This document shows, in pieces, positions 51,619 to 62,611 of a stretch of DNA of 64,000 bases. The notes beneath the pieces are model-generated. The model did no database searches, was not told the origin of the DNA, and saw nothing but the letters and a program-made list of their open reading frames with translations. Origin of the DNA: Bacillota bacterium (lineage in GTDB: Bacteria > Bacillota > Clostridia > DUPQ01); contig JAKJBR010000006.1 in the NCBI GenBank assembly GCA_022706885.1, forward strand, positions 670 through 64,669, written 5' to 3'. The translations under genes were made by a program, and so were the position numbers. Position 1 is the stretch's first letter; each line of letters starts with the position of its first letter.

Positions 51619-51718
51619 GGTGAAAGCCGGTCGTGTACACTCTGCGGATGAGGTTGACGGAATACTGAATAAGGAGTTCGGTATCTGATGGAGAAGTATT
51701 CTGTAAACTACTCCGATG
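51619..51718 (+). pseudogene. 100-bp remnant of the relB 3' end plus relE 5' end
   Basis: About 95% identical to 40894-40993. It encodes only an 18-aa RelE stub (MEKYSVNYSDV...). Confidence 0.5.
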
Positions 51719-51815
51719 TAATAAACTCTACTTATTATTTCTAAGCAATTCGACATTTAGCACTTTACAGATTCGCTTTAATTATGCATAATCTAAAGCG
51801 AAAGTGTAGGAAGAT

Positions 51816-52406
51816 ATGATAGCGTTAAAAGAGTACTTTAAAGAAAATCCTGTCATTACGAATAGGGATGCCGATAATATCGGGATAGGAAGACATGTTC
51901 TATCCGATTTGGCAAGTCAAGGAAAAATTGAAAGAATAAGACCGGGAGTATATCAAAAATCCGGTGAGATTTTAGATGATTTTGTTCTGATATCGTCCAA
52001 TAGAGATAGAGTTGTTTTTTCACACCAATCAGCCCTATATTTACATGATTTATCTGATCGTGTTCCGAACATCTTTAATATATCCGTACCTCAAGGATAC
52101 AATGCAAGCCACATCAAAAAGGGATATGCAAACCTGAAGATTCACTATATTAAAAAAGACTTATATCCTATCGGTATATCTGAAATACGAACACCGCTCG
52201 GAAATGTAGTTCAAGTTTATGATGTAGAAAGAAGCATTTGCGACATCATAGTTGATAGGGAAAAAATCGATGCGCAGATTTTTGTCGGTGCACTTTCCTC
52301 ATATTTCAAAGGAAAAAACAAGGATTTAAGAAAACTTATAAAATACGGCAGACAATTCGGGATCGAAGAAGAGATACGGCGTTATGTGGCGTTCTTTCGT
52401 GATTAA
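51816..52406 (+). CDS. AbiEi-like (type IV toxin-antitoxin / abortive-infection antitoxin) wHTH protein
   Basis: 196 aa. N-terminal wHTH-like region (ITNRDADNIGIGRHVLSDLASQGKIERIRPGVYQ) and the family-typical C-terminal extension. No AbiEii nucleotidyltransferase gene is adjacent. Confidence 0.55.
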   Translation: MIALKEYFKENPVITNRDADNIGIGRHVLSDLASQGKIERIRPGVYQKSGEILDDFVLISSNRDRVVFSHQSALYLHDLSDRVPNIFNISVPQGYNASHIKKGYANLKIHYIKKDLYPIGISEIRTPLGNVVQVYDVERSICDIIVDREKIDAQIFVGALSSYFKGKNKDLRKLIKYGRQFGIEEEIRRYVAFFRD

Positions 52407-52669
52407 CATAGAGAGTATAAAAGGGAAAATAAGAAACTTATATTATAAGAACGGCTACACACAGAGAAAGTTTGAATAAACAAAAAGAGATTGAAAAAAT
52501 ATTACGGGATATAGAAAACGATGACGTTTTGTCTTATAAGATAACGAAATCCGCCTTGCTTAAGCGTTGTGTCAATTATCTTGATATTAACGTAACGTAA
52601 TCGATTGTTTTAATTGCATATTAAGACAACTTTATATGTGTTATAATTATCCTATCGTCAGGAGGGAAA

Positions 52670-52900
52670 ATGATTAAGCAGATAGAATCAAAGGAACTGG
52701 AGTTTGCTATATTTTGCATAGAAAACACAGCTGTGCATCTTGGCATTAAAGGGAGTGTTCTGTACAAGAAGCTTACCGAGGAAAGCGACATTCTTTATGA
52801 TTACATAATACCGCTGTATGATGCTCTTCATACTCAGAGTAAAGAATATATCGTGGATGATATCTTGAGGGTTATGGAGAAGAGAGGTATTGCGGCATGA
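52670..52900 (+). CDS. DUF3791-like small protein
   Basis: 76 aa, helical. Overlaps the downstream gene by 4 nt. Confidence 0.5.
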   Translation: MIKQIESKELEFAIFCIENTAVHLGIKGSVLYKKLTEESDILYDYIIPLYDALHTQSKEYIVDDILRVMEKRGIAA

Positions 52901-53367
52901 AACTATATCACGCTTCAAATGTAGAGGTTTCAAAACCTGACTTGGTTCATTCCAGAAAGAACCTTGACTTCGGTGTCGGTTTCTATACTACACCGATTTA
53001 TGAACAAGCTCTAAGTTGGGCAAACAGGTTTCGAAAGACTGAAGGTTATGCAGTTATTTCAGAGTATGTCTTTGACAAAACAGCTTATCAAACTTTAAGT
53101 ATACTTAAATTTGACGCCTATTCGGAAGATTGGCTGAATTTTATAATAAGCTGTCGTACAGGAAAAGACAACACAACTTATGATATCGTAATTGGCGGAA
53201 TAGCAAATGATAAGGTTTTTAACACAATTGAGCTTTATCTTGACAATCTGATTGATAGAAAAGAAGCAATTAAGCGACTTAAGTACGAAAGGCCTAATTC
53301 CCAATATTGTTTCAGGACGGAAAAAGCACTTGCTTATTTAAGTTTTGAAAGGAGCAACTGTTTATGA
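52897..53367 (+). CDS. DUF3990-like protein (GFY motif)
   Basis: 156 aa. MKLYHAS...DFGVGFYTTP matches the recalled conserved GFY signature of DUF3990. Confidence 0.5.
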   Translation: MKLYHASNVEVSKPDLVHSRKNLDFGVGFYTTPIYEQALSWANRFRKTEGYAVISEYVFDKTAYQTLSILKFDAYSEDWLNFIISCRTGKDNTTYDIVIGGIANDKVFNTIELYLDNLIDRKEAIKRLKYERPNSQYCFRTEKALAYLSFERSNCL

Positions 53368-53597
53368 AGGCTCACCCTATTTTGCTACAAAAGAAATATG
53401 CAAGGATTGTGGAACAGTTTGCAAAAAAACAGGGTATAGAAATTAGCACTGCTCTTGATTTTTTCTACGGTTCCATGGTGTATGTTTTGATGAGCGAAGG
53501 AATATCGGATTTTCACTGCATGTCGGATACATATATAGTTGATGAACTTATTATTGAGTATTCAAAAGCTTTGAAAAAGAATCAATTAGATAAGTGA
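53364..53597 (+). CDS. DUF3791-like small protein (second copy)
   Basis: 77 aa, paralogous in pattern to the 52670 gene. Overlaps the upstream gene by 4 nt. Confidence 0.5.
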   Translation: MKAHPILLQKKYARIVEQFAKKQGIEISTALDFFYGSMVYVLMSEGISDFHCMSDTYIVDELIIEYSKALKKNQLDK

Positions 53598-54791
53598 TAC
53601 GGGAATTTTCCAAATTTTCTCTTTAACAGGACTTAATGTATTTGTATGACATATCACTCCGTAATAGGGGATACGAAAATCTTCTTGAGCTAAAACGGAG
53701 AAATTCTTTTCTGCATGAGAGGGATTATCGCTTAATTTAATTTCAAACGGATACAGTTTTCCTCCCATTTCAATGAGTAAATCTATTTCTCTTTGGTTAC
53801 TGTCGCGGTAATAATACATTTGCGGGCTTATGCCGTTATGTCGATAAGACTTGTATATTTCCGAAACTATCCAACTTTCAAAAAGATTTCCTTTTAGCGG
53901 ATTCATATCAAAAGCCTCGACTGTCCTGATAGAACACAGGTAAGCAGCCAGTCCGACATCACAGAAATGAATTTTGGGCCGTTTAATGATTCTCTTTCCC
54001 AAATTTCGGCTATATGCAGGCAGCTCGATTACCAGACCGCTTGTTAAGAGAACATCCAGCCACCTTCTCACCGTACTGCTGTCAACACCTAAATCTTTTC
54101 CGATACTTGCCAAGTTTAATTCCTGTGCGGTACATATTGCAAGCAACGTCATAAAATGCAGGAACTGACCGGTATCCAAAACATTGGTAATTTCTCTCAC
54201 GTCACGTGCGATATAACTGTCAATGTATGACTGATAGTAACCTGCAACATCAATATTCTTTTGGAAAAGAACTCTTGGCATGGAACCTTGTATAATAGTT
54301 TTTGCAACAGAAAAAGACAAGATATCTTCCCGCATCATGTCGGACAAATCACGGGGAAAAGGATTATGCTCCTGCTCTTTGTATTCTTTTACGGAAAATC
54401 CGTCTAATTGCAAAATTCTGACTCTTCCCGCCAACGACTCCTGCACCCCGCGCATCAGAGGATAAACTTGCGAGCCGGTAAGCCAAAAGAGATTGTTCTC
54501 ATTACGGGCATCTATAATCATTTTTATATACGGAAAAAGTTCGGGAGCATATTGAATCTCATCAATCAGAAGAGGAGTTTTAAAGCGTTCGAAAAACAAT
54601 TCGGGATTGAATCGTGCCAGGTTTCTCAAAGCTGGATCATCAAGACTTACATATGTCCTTTCGTCTTCTTTCAAATGCAGCAAAAGCGTGCTTTTACCTA
54701 CTTGTCTTGGCCCCGTAAGCAAAAGTGCAGGATAATATTGTGTTTGCTGTTTAAAATACTCTTCAATTTGACGTCTGCGATAAGTAATCAT
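53586..54791 (-). CDS. AAA+ ATPase (AAA_14 + DUF4143 / COG1373 family)
   Basis: Walker A LLTGPRQVGKST and Walker B LLIDEIQY. C-terminal DUF4143-like region. The preferred start is the ATG at 54791 after GAGAGG; the tool's longer ORF runs into an upstream hydrophobic low-complexity stretch. Confidence 0.7.
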   Translation of the reverse strand: MITYRRRQIEEYFKQQTQYYPALLLTGPRQVGKSTLLLHLKEDERTYVSLDDPALRNLARFNPELFFERFKTPLLIDEIQYAPELFPYIKMIIDARNENNLFWLTGSQVYPLMRGVQESLAGRVRILQLDGFSVKEYKEQEHNPFPRDLSDMMREDILSFSVAKTIIQGSMPRVLFQKNIDVAGYYQSYIDSYIARDVREITNVLDTGQFLHFMTLLAICTAQELNLASIGKDLGVDSSTVRRWLDVLLTSGLVIELPAYSRNLGKRIIKRPKIHFCDVGLAAYLCSIRTVEAFDMNPLKGNLFESWIVSEIYKSYRHNGISPQMYYYRDSNQREIDLLIEMGGKLYPFEIKLSDNPSHAEKNFSVLAQEDFRIPYYGVICHTNTLSPVKEKIWKIPVSLI

Positions 54792-54978
54792 TTTGATATA
54801 CCTCTCTATAATTAAGATTATTATACTAAACATATTCATGAAAATCAAGGATTCAATCCCTGAAAAACGGGGATGCAATCCTTGAAAAGCATAAATTCCT
54901 GTTAAAGACAGGAACTTTATCCAAACATAAGTGAGGTATTTTTTGCGTAAATTTGTGCGGCAAATTGCTAAAACCCTC

Positions 54979-55660
<682 letters not shown>

Positions 55661-55695
55661 AAGTAGCGGAAATAAATCAGGAGGAGAAAAAAACT

Positions 55696-57036
55696 ATGGG
55701 AAAAACAAAAAATGAAGGCTTCACATTAAAGACGGCTATACTGAGTTTTCAGCATATGTTCGCAATGTTCGGAGCAACAATACTCGTACCTATCTTGACG
55801 GGAATGAGTATATCGGTAGCACTGCTTTCGGCGGGATTGGCAACAATAGCATTCTACTTTATAGCTAAGAAGAAAGTTCCGGTATTTTTGGGGAGCAGTT
55901 TTGCATTTCTTCCGGCTCTTATATCCGGAATGCAGGGTGCCGGTGAGATAGGATCGGATACATGGAACAGAGCAATGGGAAAAGTAAGCGTTGCCGTAAT
56001 GCTGGCAGGTCTTGTTTACGTCATAATTGCTCTTTTCTTGAAGAGAATAGGCGTTGACAGGATAAGGAAATTATTCCCGCCGATAGTGGTAGGTCCCGTT
56101 ATAGTGGTTATAGGTATGATTCTTGCACCCAAGATGTTCTATAACAACATTATAGGGCAGGCTATTTGGACCGGAGTTCCCGCCTGGAAGCACTGGACGG
56201 CAGCCGGTATCACCGCTTTGACAATTCTTCTTGTAAGTGCGGTTGCAAAACCCAAGAGCTTTTTGAAGGTAATACCTATACTTATGGGCTTTGTTGTCGG
56301 ATATATCTATTCACTCATAATCGGTCTTGTGGATTATTCCAATGTCGACTGGAGCCAGATTATCATATTCCAGGATATGGGAAAAACATTCGGTTTCTAT
56401 AAGTACCTGACTTTTGACTGGGGGGTAATACTTTCTCTTGTACCTATTGCTGTAGTAACTTTTATGGAGCATCTGGGTGATATTGCGGCCAGCAGTACGG
56501 TATGCGGCAAAGACTTCATGAAAGATCCGGGAGTGCACAGAACATTGATGGGAGACGGAGTGGGAACAATGATAGCCGGAGTCCTCGGAGGACCTCCGAA
56601 CACTACATACGGTGAAAATACGGCGGTACTTGCTATTACAAAGAATTATGAGCCCAAGAATTTGTTCTATGCAGGTATAATGGCTGTAATATTCGGTTCG
56701 ATAACCATATTCGGAACGGCTGTAGGAACTATTCCTTCAGCGGTAATAGGCGGAGCATCCATAGTGTTGTTCGGAATGATTTCCGCAGCAGGCTTGAGAG
56801 CATTGGTAGACGGCAAAGTGGACTTTTCCGATACCAAGAATATTCTGGTAGTTTCGGTAATACTTTCAATAGGTCTCGGACTTGGCGCAATGAGTCTTGC
56901 AGGCGATGTTACCGGTGATCCGATATATAAGATAATGATAGGAACAGTGGAAATTTCTCCTCTGGCAATAGCAACATTTGCAGGTATTATACTTAACCTG
57001 GTAATTCCTTCCGACAACAGGGAAGAGAAGAAATAA
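55696..57036 (+). CDS. pyrP: uracil permease (NCS2 family)
   Basis: GGAGGAG ribosome-binding site. At least 12 transmembrane segments with NCS2 signature regions. Confidence 0.85.
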   Translation: MGKTKNEGFTLKTAILSFQHMFAMFGATILVPILTGMSISVALLSAGLATIAFYFIAKKKVPVFLGSSFAFLPALISGMQGAGEIGSDTWNRAMGKVSVAVMLAGLVYVIIALFLKRIGVDRIRKLFPPIVVGPVIVVIGMILAPKMFYNNIIGQAIWTGVPAWKHWTAAGITALTILLVSAVAKPKSFLKVIPILMGFVVGYIYSLIIGLVDYSNVDWSQIIIFQDMGKTFGFYKYLTFDWGVILSLVPIAVVTFMEHLGDIAASSTVCGKDFMKDPGVHRTLMGDGVGTMIAGVLGGPPNTTYGENTAVLAITKNYEPKNLFYAGIMAVIFGSITIFGTAVGTIPSAVIGGASIVLFGMISAAGLRALVDGKVDFSDTKNILVVSVILSIGLGLGAMSLAGDVTGDPIYKIMIGTVEISPLAIATFAGIILNLVIPSDNREEKK

Positions 57037-57089
57037 GTGTAAATTACGGCTGCCCTCAAAAAAGGGGGCAGCCTGCTTAAAAGGAGGAC

Positions 57090-58274
57090 ATGATGCTTTT
57101 AAAGAATGCTTATATATACAAAGACGGAAGTTTTCATGCCTCCGATTTATTCATTATTGACGATAAGCGGTGGATAGCAGGTAAAAATCTTTCCGCTGTT
57201 AAAACGGATAAGGTTATTGATTTGCAAGGAAAATATATTATTCCGGGGTTGGTGGATGTTCATGTGCATCTGAGACAGCCGGGATTTGAGTTTAAAGAGA
57301 CAATACTGACAGGATCAAAAAGCGGGGCGGCGGGAGGATTTACGTCGATATGTGCTATGCCCAATGTGGTGCCGGCACCGGACAGTATTGATAATTTCCG
57401 AAGAATTCGGAAGATTATAGACAGCGATGCATGTATCAATGTATATCAGTACGGTTGTATAACTAAAAAAAGAGAAGGTATGGAATTGGCGGATATCGGT
57501 AAGTTGACCGGGTATGTAATAGGTTTTTCCGATGACGGAAACCCCGTTTCAAGTGAATCGGTTATGGCGGCAATGCTGGAACAGGCATCATTGCATGACT
57601 GCCTGATAGCCGCCCACTGCGAGGACTTGTCTTATGAAGATCCTGCAAAGAGAGAGTATATGCATATAGAAAGGGATATCGGGTTGTTGAGGAAGACGGG
57701 TATATCCTGCAGATATCATGTATGCCATGTGTCAAGAAAAGAAAGTGTTGAACTTATCCGGCAGGCAAAAAAAGAAGGAATAAATATTACATGTGAGACG
57801 GCTCCTCACTACCTTATCTTTACAAAAGAAGATGTTAAGTCGGAAAACTATATCATGAATCCGCCTTTGGGAAATAAAGAAGACAGGGAAGCTCTGTTGC
57901 AGGCTGTCTGTGACGGAACGATAGATATTATCGCCACCGACCATGCTCCTCATACAAAGGAAGACAAAGCAGCGGGTGCCATGGGAGTTATAGGTATGGA
58001 AACCGCTTTTAGCAGTATGTATACGTATTTGGTGGCTGCAGGTCGTGTTTCATTGGAACGACTGGTGGAGTTTATGTCCGTTAATCCCGCCCGTATATTC
58101 GGGATACCGCAATACTCCGATTTTACGGTACTGGATTTGGATAAAGAATATATAGTTAATGCCAATGAGTTTTTTTCAATGGGAAGAAATACTCCCTTTG
58201 AAGGCATGAGAATGAAGGGCAGAGTTATTAAAACAATATGTAAAGGGAAGATAGTATGGGAATATACACAATAG
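57090..58274 (+). CDS. pyrC: dihydroorotase
   Basis: DVHVHLRQPG metal motif and the HxH/D pattern of class I dihydroorotases. Confidence 0.85.
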   Translation: MMLLKNAYIYKDGSFHASDLFIIDDKRWIAGKNLSAVKTDKVIDLQGKYIIPGLVDVHVHLRQPGFEFKETILTGSKSGAAGGFTSICAMPNVVPAPDSIDNFRRIRKIIDSDACINVYQYGCITKKREGMELADIGKLTGYVIGFSDDGNPVSSESVMAAMLEQASLHDCLIAAHCEDLSYEDPAKREYMHIERDIGLLRKTGISCRYHVCHVSRKESVELIRQAKKEGINITCETAPHYLIFTKEDVKSENYIMNPPLGNKEDREALLQAVCDGTIDIIATDHAPHTKEDKAAGAMGVIGMETAFSSMYTYLVAAGRVSLERLVEFMSVNPARIFGIPQYSDFTVLDLDKEYIVNANEFFSMGRNTPFEGMRMKGRVIKTICKGKIVWEYTQ

Positions 58275-58981
58275 AAAGCATAAGGCAGCTTACATATGAT
58301 ACTTACGAAATGACATTAAGCGGTGATATGTCTTGGATAAAAGCACCCGGACAGTTCGTGAATATAAAGATTGACGGATTCTTTTTAAGAAGACCGCTGT
58401 CGGTATGCGATATTGATGACAGATATATGACCCTCATATTCAAGGTTGCAGGACAAGGCACCAAGGCGCTTTCCATGATGAAAGCTTCTTCGCAGCTGGA
58501 TATATTATGCGGTTTGGGTAACGGGTATGATGTTAATGTGAGTATGTACGAACCTTTATTGATAGGGGGAGGTTGCGGAGTACCGCCGCTATATTATCTT
58601 GCAAAGACTCTTAAAAACAAAGGCATTACACCATGCGTTATTTTAGGCTTCAATAAAAAGGAAGATGTTTTTTATGAGGATGAGTTTAAGGCTTTAGGAT
58701 GTAATGTATGTGTCTGCACCGTGGACGGAAGTTACGGATATATCGGACTTGTAACAGATATTATGGATATGTTTGATTACGACTATACTTTCTCCTGCGG
58801 ACCGGAAGGTATGTTAAAAGCAATATATGACAAAAGTATTGTATCGGGACAGTTTTCTTTTGAAGAAAGAATGGGTTGCGGTTTCGGAGCATGCATGGGA
58901 TGCACTTGTAAGACAAAATACGGGTACAAGAGAATATGCAAGGACGGACCGGTTTTATTCAAAGAGGAGATATCATGGTGA
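58256..58981 (+). CDS. pyrK: dihydroorotate dehydrogenase electron-transfer subunit
   Basis: FAD/NAD-binding fold and C-terminal 2Fe-2S Cys cluster CGFGACMGCTC. Confidence 0.85.
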   Translation: MGIYTIESIRQLTYDTYEMTLSGDMSWIKAPGQFVNIKIDGFFLRRPLSVCDIDDRYMTLIFKVAGQGTKALSMMKASSQLDILCGLGNGYDVNVSMYEPLLIGGGCGVPPLYYLAKTLKNKGITPCVILGFNKKEDVFYEDEFKALGCNVCVCTVDGSYGYIGLVTDIMDMFDYDYTFSCGPEGMLKAIYDKSIVSGQFSFEERMGCGFGACMGCTCKTKYGYKRICKDGPVLFKEEISW

Positions 58982-59889
58982 ACTTATCTGTTAATTTAAG
59001 CGGACTTACATTATCCAATCCTATCATACCGGCAAGCGGATGTTTCGGATACGGAAAAGAATTCGCAGAATATTATGATATCAACATATTAGGTTCTTTT
59101 TGTATAAAGGGCACAACAAAAGAGCCGAGATTCGGAAACGAGACCCCCAGAATTGCAGAATCCTGCAGCGGAATGCTTAACAGTGTGGGGTTGCAGAATC
59201 CGGGAATAGAGCATGTCGTGCAGCAGGAACTTAAAGAAATAAGGGCGTATTACTCCAAACCGGTGATTGCCAACATTTCGGGGTTTTCCGTAGAGGAATA
59301 TGAGTACTGCGTAAGATGTTTAAGAGGAATAGACAATGTCGGACTTATAGAGGTGAATATAAGTTGTCCCAATGTCGAGCAGGGAGGGATGAGTTTCGGA
59401 ACCGATCCGGAAATGGCTGCAAAAGTGACAAAGGCCGTGGTGAAGGTTGCCGATAAACCGGTGTATGTTAAGTTAACACCCAATGTTACCGATATTACGG
59501 AAATAGCCAAGGCATGCGAATCGGAGGGAGCGTCGGGAATATGTGCAATCAATACCCTTTCGGCAATGAGGATAGACATTAGAAAACAAAAGCCCGTGCT
59601 TGCTAATATAACGGGAGGGTTGTCGGGACCTGCGGTGTTTCCGGTGGCACTGCGTATGGTTTATCAATTATATAAAGAGATTAAAATACCGATAATTGGT
59701 ATTGGCGGAATAAGCAAGGTTGAGGATGTTATAGAGATGATGATGGCGGGAGCGACTGCGGTGCAGATAGGTTCTTTGAATCTTGTCGACCCGTATATAT
59801 GTAAGACAATAATCAATCAGTTGCCCGGTATGCTGGAGCAACTGGGTATTGATGATATAAATAAGATAGTAGGAGCAGCTCACAGATGA
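58975..59889 (+). CDS. pyrD: dihydroorotate dehydrogenase catalytic subunit (class 1B)
   Basis: ATG overlaps the pyrK stop. SGCFGYGKE and the TIM-barrel FMN motifs (GIGGI). Confidence 0.85.
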   Translation: MVNLSVNLSGLTLSNPIIPASGCFGYGKEFAEYYDINILGSFCIKGTTKEPRFGNETPRIAESCSGMLNSVGLQNPGIEHVVQQELKEIRAYYSKPVIANISGFSVEEYEYCVRCLRGIDNVGLIEVNISCPNVEQGGMSFGTDPEMAAKVTKAVVKVADKPVYVKLTPNVTDITEIAKACESEGASGICAINTLSAMRIDIRKQKPVLANITGGLSGPAVFPVALRMVYQLYKEIKIPIIGIGGISKVEDVIEMMMAGATAVQIGSLNLVDPYICKTIINQLPGMLEQLGIDDINKIVGAAHR

Positions 59890-60599
59890 AAAAGGATGTA
59901 ATTGTTGCATGTGATTTTCCGTCAAGAAGCGAAGTAATGGAATTTTTGCAACTGTTCGGAAAGAGAAAACCTTTCGTAAAGATAGGGATGGAACTGTTCT
60001 ATTCTGAAGGGCCGGAAATAGTGAGGGAAATAAAGAAAAGAGGGTATAAAATATTTTTAGACCTCAAACTTCATGATATTCCCAATACCGTGGAGAGAGC
60101 CATGAGAAGCTTATCGATGCTGGATATAGACATGGTCAATCTGCATACAGCCGGTACGATAAAGATGATGCAGGCGGCGTTGAGAGGTCTTGTAAGACCG
60201 GACGGAACCCGACCGATATTGATAGGAGTAACCCAGCTTACTTCCACCGATGAAAAAGAGCTTAAAGAACAGTTGCTTGTCAACGGAGCAATGGACGATG
60301 TGGTAATAGCTTACGCCAAGCTGGGAGTTGCTGCCGGAATAGACGGAGTGGTCTGTTCACCTTTGGAAGCAGGTAAAGTAAAGAAAGAATGCGGTGAAAC
60401 ATTTTTAACGGTGACACCGGGAATCCGGTTCAAAGACAGCAAGAAAGATGATCAGGCACGCATAACCACACCTTATGAAGCTTCCAGGATGGGATGCGAC
60501 TATATTGTAGTCGGTAGACCCGTAACGCAGGCAACCGATCCGGTGGGAGCATATGAAAGATGCATACGGGAATTTGTTTACGGAAAGGAAAGCGAATGA
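59886..60599 (+). CDS. pyrF: orotidine-5'-phosphate decarboxylase
   Basis: VACDFP...LDLKLHDIPNTV motif. Confidence 0.85.
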   Translation: MKKDVIVACDFPSRSEVMEFLQLFGKRKPFVKIGMELFYSEGPEIVREIKKRGYKIFLDLKLHDIPNTVERAMRSLSMLDIDMVNLHTAGTIKMMQAALRGLVRPDGTRPILIGVTQLTSTDEKELKEQLLVNGAMDDVVIAYAKLGVAAGIDGVVCSPLEAGKVKKECGETFLTVTPGIRFKDSKKDDQARITTPYEASRMGCDYIVVGRPVTQATDPVGAYERCIREFVYGKESE

Positions 60600-61225
60600 A
60601 AAGAGCAATAGCGGAACATTTACTTAATATCAAAGCGGTGTTTTTAAGCCCGGATAAACCTTTTGTCTGGGCAAGCGGAATTAAAAGTCCCATATACTGT
60701 GATAACAGAATTACGTTATCCGATCATTTTGTCAGGGAAGATATTGAAAGAGGTCTTGCCGAGATAATAAAAAGCAATTACCCGCGATGTGAAGCGGTTA
60801 TGGGAACCAGTACGGCGGGTATTGCTCATGCAGCCATTACCGCTCATATATTGAAACTTCCCATGGGTTATGTGCGTTCAGCGCCAAAAGACCACGGAAG
60901 AGGAAACCGAATTGAAGGAAAGCTGCTTCCCGGACAGAAAGTTGTGGTTATCGAAGACCTCATATCCACTGCCGGAAGTGTTATCGATACGGTAGAGACT
61001 TTAAGAGAAGAGGGAGCGGAGGTCCTGGGTATAGCAAGCATATTTACATACGGTATGGAAAAAGGGCTTCAAAGACTTAAGGAAGCGAATGTCACCAATA
61101 TATCGTTGACGGATTTTGATACGATAATTGATGTCGCATGTGAAAAGGGATTTATAAAGTCGGAAGACAAGGAAAGGTTATCGGCATTCAGGAACAATCC
61201 TGCCGATGAGGGATGGATAAAGTAA
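60596..61225 (+). CDS. pyrE: orotate phosphoribosyltransferase
   Basis: ATG at 60596 overlaps the pyrF stop. PRPP motif [13 protein letters not shown]. Confidence 0.85.
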   Translation: MKRAIAEHLLNIKAVFLSPDKPFVWASGIKSPIYCDNRITLSDHFVREDIERGLAEIIKSNYPRCEAVMGTSTAGIAHAAITAHILKLPMGYVRSAPKDHGRGNRIEGKLLPGQKVVVIEDLISTAGSVIDTVETLREEGAEVLGIASIFTYGMEKGLQRLKEANVTNISLTDFDTIIDVACEKGFIKSEDKERLSAFRNNPADEGWIK

Positions 61226-61238
61226 AGGAGACTTTGGT

Positions 61239-62159
61239 ATGAAGCATTTGATGGATATAAACGATCTTACATTATCACAGATAGACCAACTTATTGCTAC
61301 GGCAAACGACATTATAGCCGATAAGGATAAGTATAAGGATGTCTGTAAGGGTAAAAAACTGGCGACATTGTTTTTTGAACCCAGCACAAGGACCAGGCTG
61401 AGTTTTGAAGCGGCTATGATTGAACTGGGAGGTAGCATATTGGGATTTTCCGAGGCACAAAGCTCTTCGGCGGCAAAAGGAGAAAGTGTTACCGATACCG
61501 TGCAGACCGTAGGTTGTTATGCCGACATAATTGCCATGAGACACCCTAAGGAGGGAGCTCCTTTGGCGGCTTCAAAAAGGACCACGGTTCCCATAATAAA
61601 TGCGGGAGACGGCGGTCACAGCCATCCCACTCAGACGCTGGCGGATATTCTGACAATACATCGGGAAAAGGGAAGACTGTCAAATATGACGGTGGGAGTT
61701 TGCGGAGATCTGAAGTTCGGCAGAACCGTACATTCTCTTATCAATGCTCTTTCCAGATACCAAGGTAATAAGTATGTCTGCATATCACCTACAGAATTGG
61801 TTATACCGGATTATGTAAAAGCAAACATATTGGAGAAGAATAAAATTGAATATATAGAAACGACGGATATGGAAGAATATATGCCGTCGTTGGATATATT
61901 GTATATGACAAGAGTGCAGAGGGAGAGATTCTTTAACGAAGCCGATTATGTACGCTTAAAAGACAGCTATATTCTGACTCCGGACAAATTAAAGAGTGCA
62001 AAACCCGATTTAAGCATAATGCATCCGCTACCGAGAGTGAACGAGATTTCGGTTAAAGTAGATGATGACCCGAGAGCATGCTACTTTAAACAGGTGGTGA
62101 ACGGCAAGTATATGCGTATGGCACTTATACTTATGCTTTTGGGAATAGAGGTAAAGTGA
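61239..62159 (+). CDS. pyrB: aspartate carbamoyltransferase catalytic subunit
   Basis: STRTR carbamoyl-phosphate motif and HPLP motif. Confidence 0.9.
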   Translation: MKHLMDINDLTLSQIDQLIATANDIIADKDKYKDVCKGKKLATLFFEPSTRTRLSFEAAMIELGGSILGFSEAQSSSAAKGESVTDTVQTVGCYADIIAMRHPKEGAPLAASKRTTVPIINAGDGGHSHPTQTLADILTIHREKGRLSNMTVGVCGDLKFGRTVHSLINALSRYQGNKYVCISPTELVIPDYVKANILEKNKIEYIETTDMEEYMPSLDILYMTRVQRERFFNEADYVRLKDSYILTPDKLKSAKPDLSIMHPLPRVNEISVKVDDDPRACYFKQVVNGKYMRMALILMLLGIEVK

Positions 62160-62599
62160 GGGATAATATGAAAATAGACAGCATTGTAAACGGAATAGTT
62201 TTAGACCACATAGCAGCGGGCAACAGTTTGAGGATATATAAGTTTCTGAATTTAGACGACCTGGAATGCTCCGTTGCGGTTATACGAAACTGCAGAAGCA
62301 AAAAGTACGGCAAAAAGGATGTTATCAAGATAGACTCCATTATCGACATGAATCTGGATGTCTTAGGATATATAGATCCCAATATTACCGTCAACATAAT
62401 AAGGGACGGGAAAATTGCAGAGAAGAAACATCTGGAACTTCCTGAAAGACTGGTCAATGTTATCAAGTGCCATAATCCTAGATGTATTACCTCAATAGAG
62501 CAGGAAGTAGACCATATTTTTAAACTTACCGACAGAGAGAACATAATATACAGATGTGCATATTGTGAAACCAAGTCGGATAAGGAAGAGATTTGGTAA
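62156..62599 (+). CDS. pyrI: aspartate carbamoyltransferase regulatory subunit
   Basis: C-terminal zinc domain CxxC...CxxC (CHNPRC...CAYCE). Overlaps the pyrB stop. Confidence 0.8.
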   Translation: MRDNMKIDSIVNGIVLDHIAAGNSLRIYKFLNLDDLECSVAVIRNCRSKKYGKKDVIKIDSIIDMNLDVLGYIDPNITVNIIRDGKIAEKKHLELPERLVNVIKCHNPRCITSIEQEVDHIFKLTDRENIIYRCAYCETKSDKEEIW

Positions 62600-62611
62600 C
62601 TGTAGCAGTAA

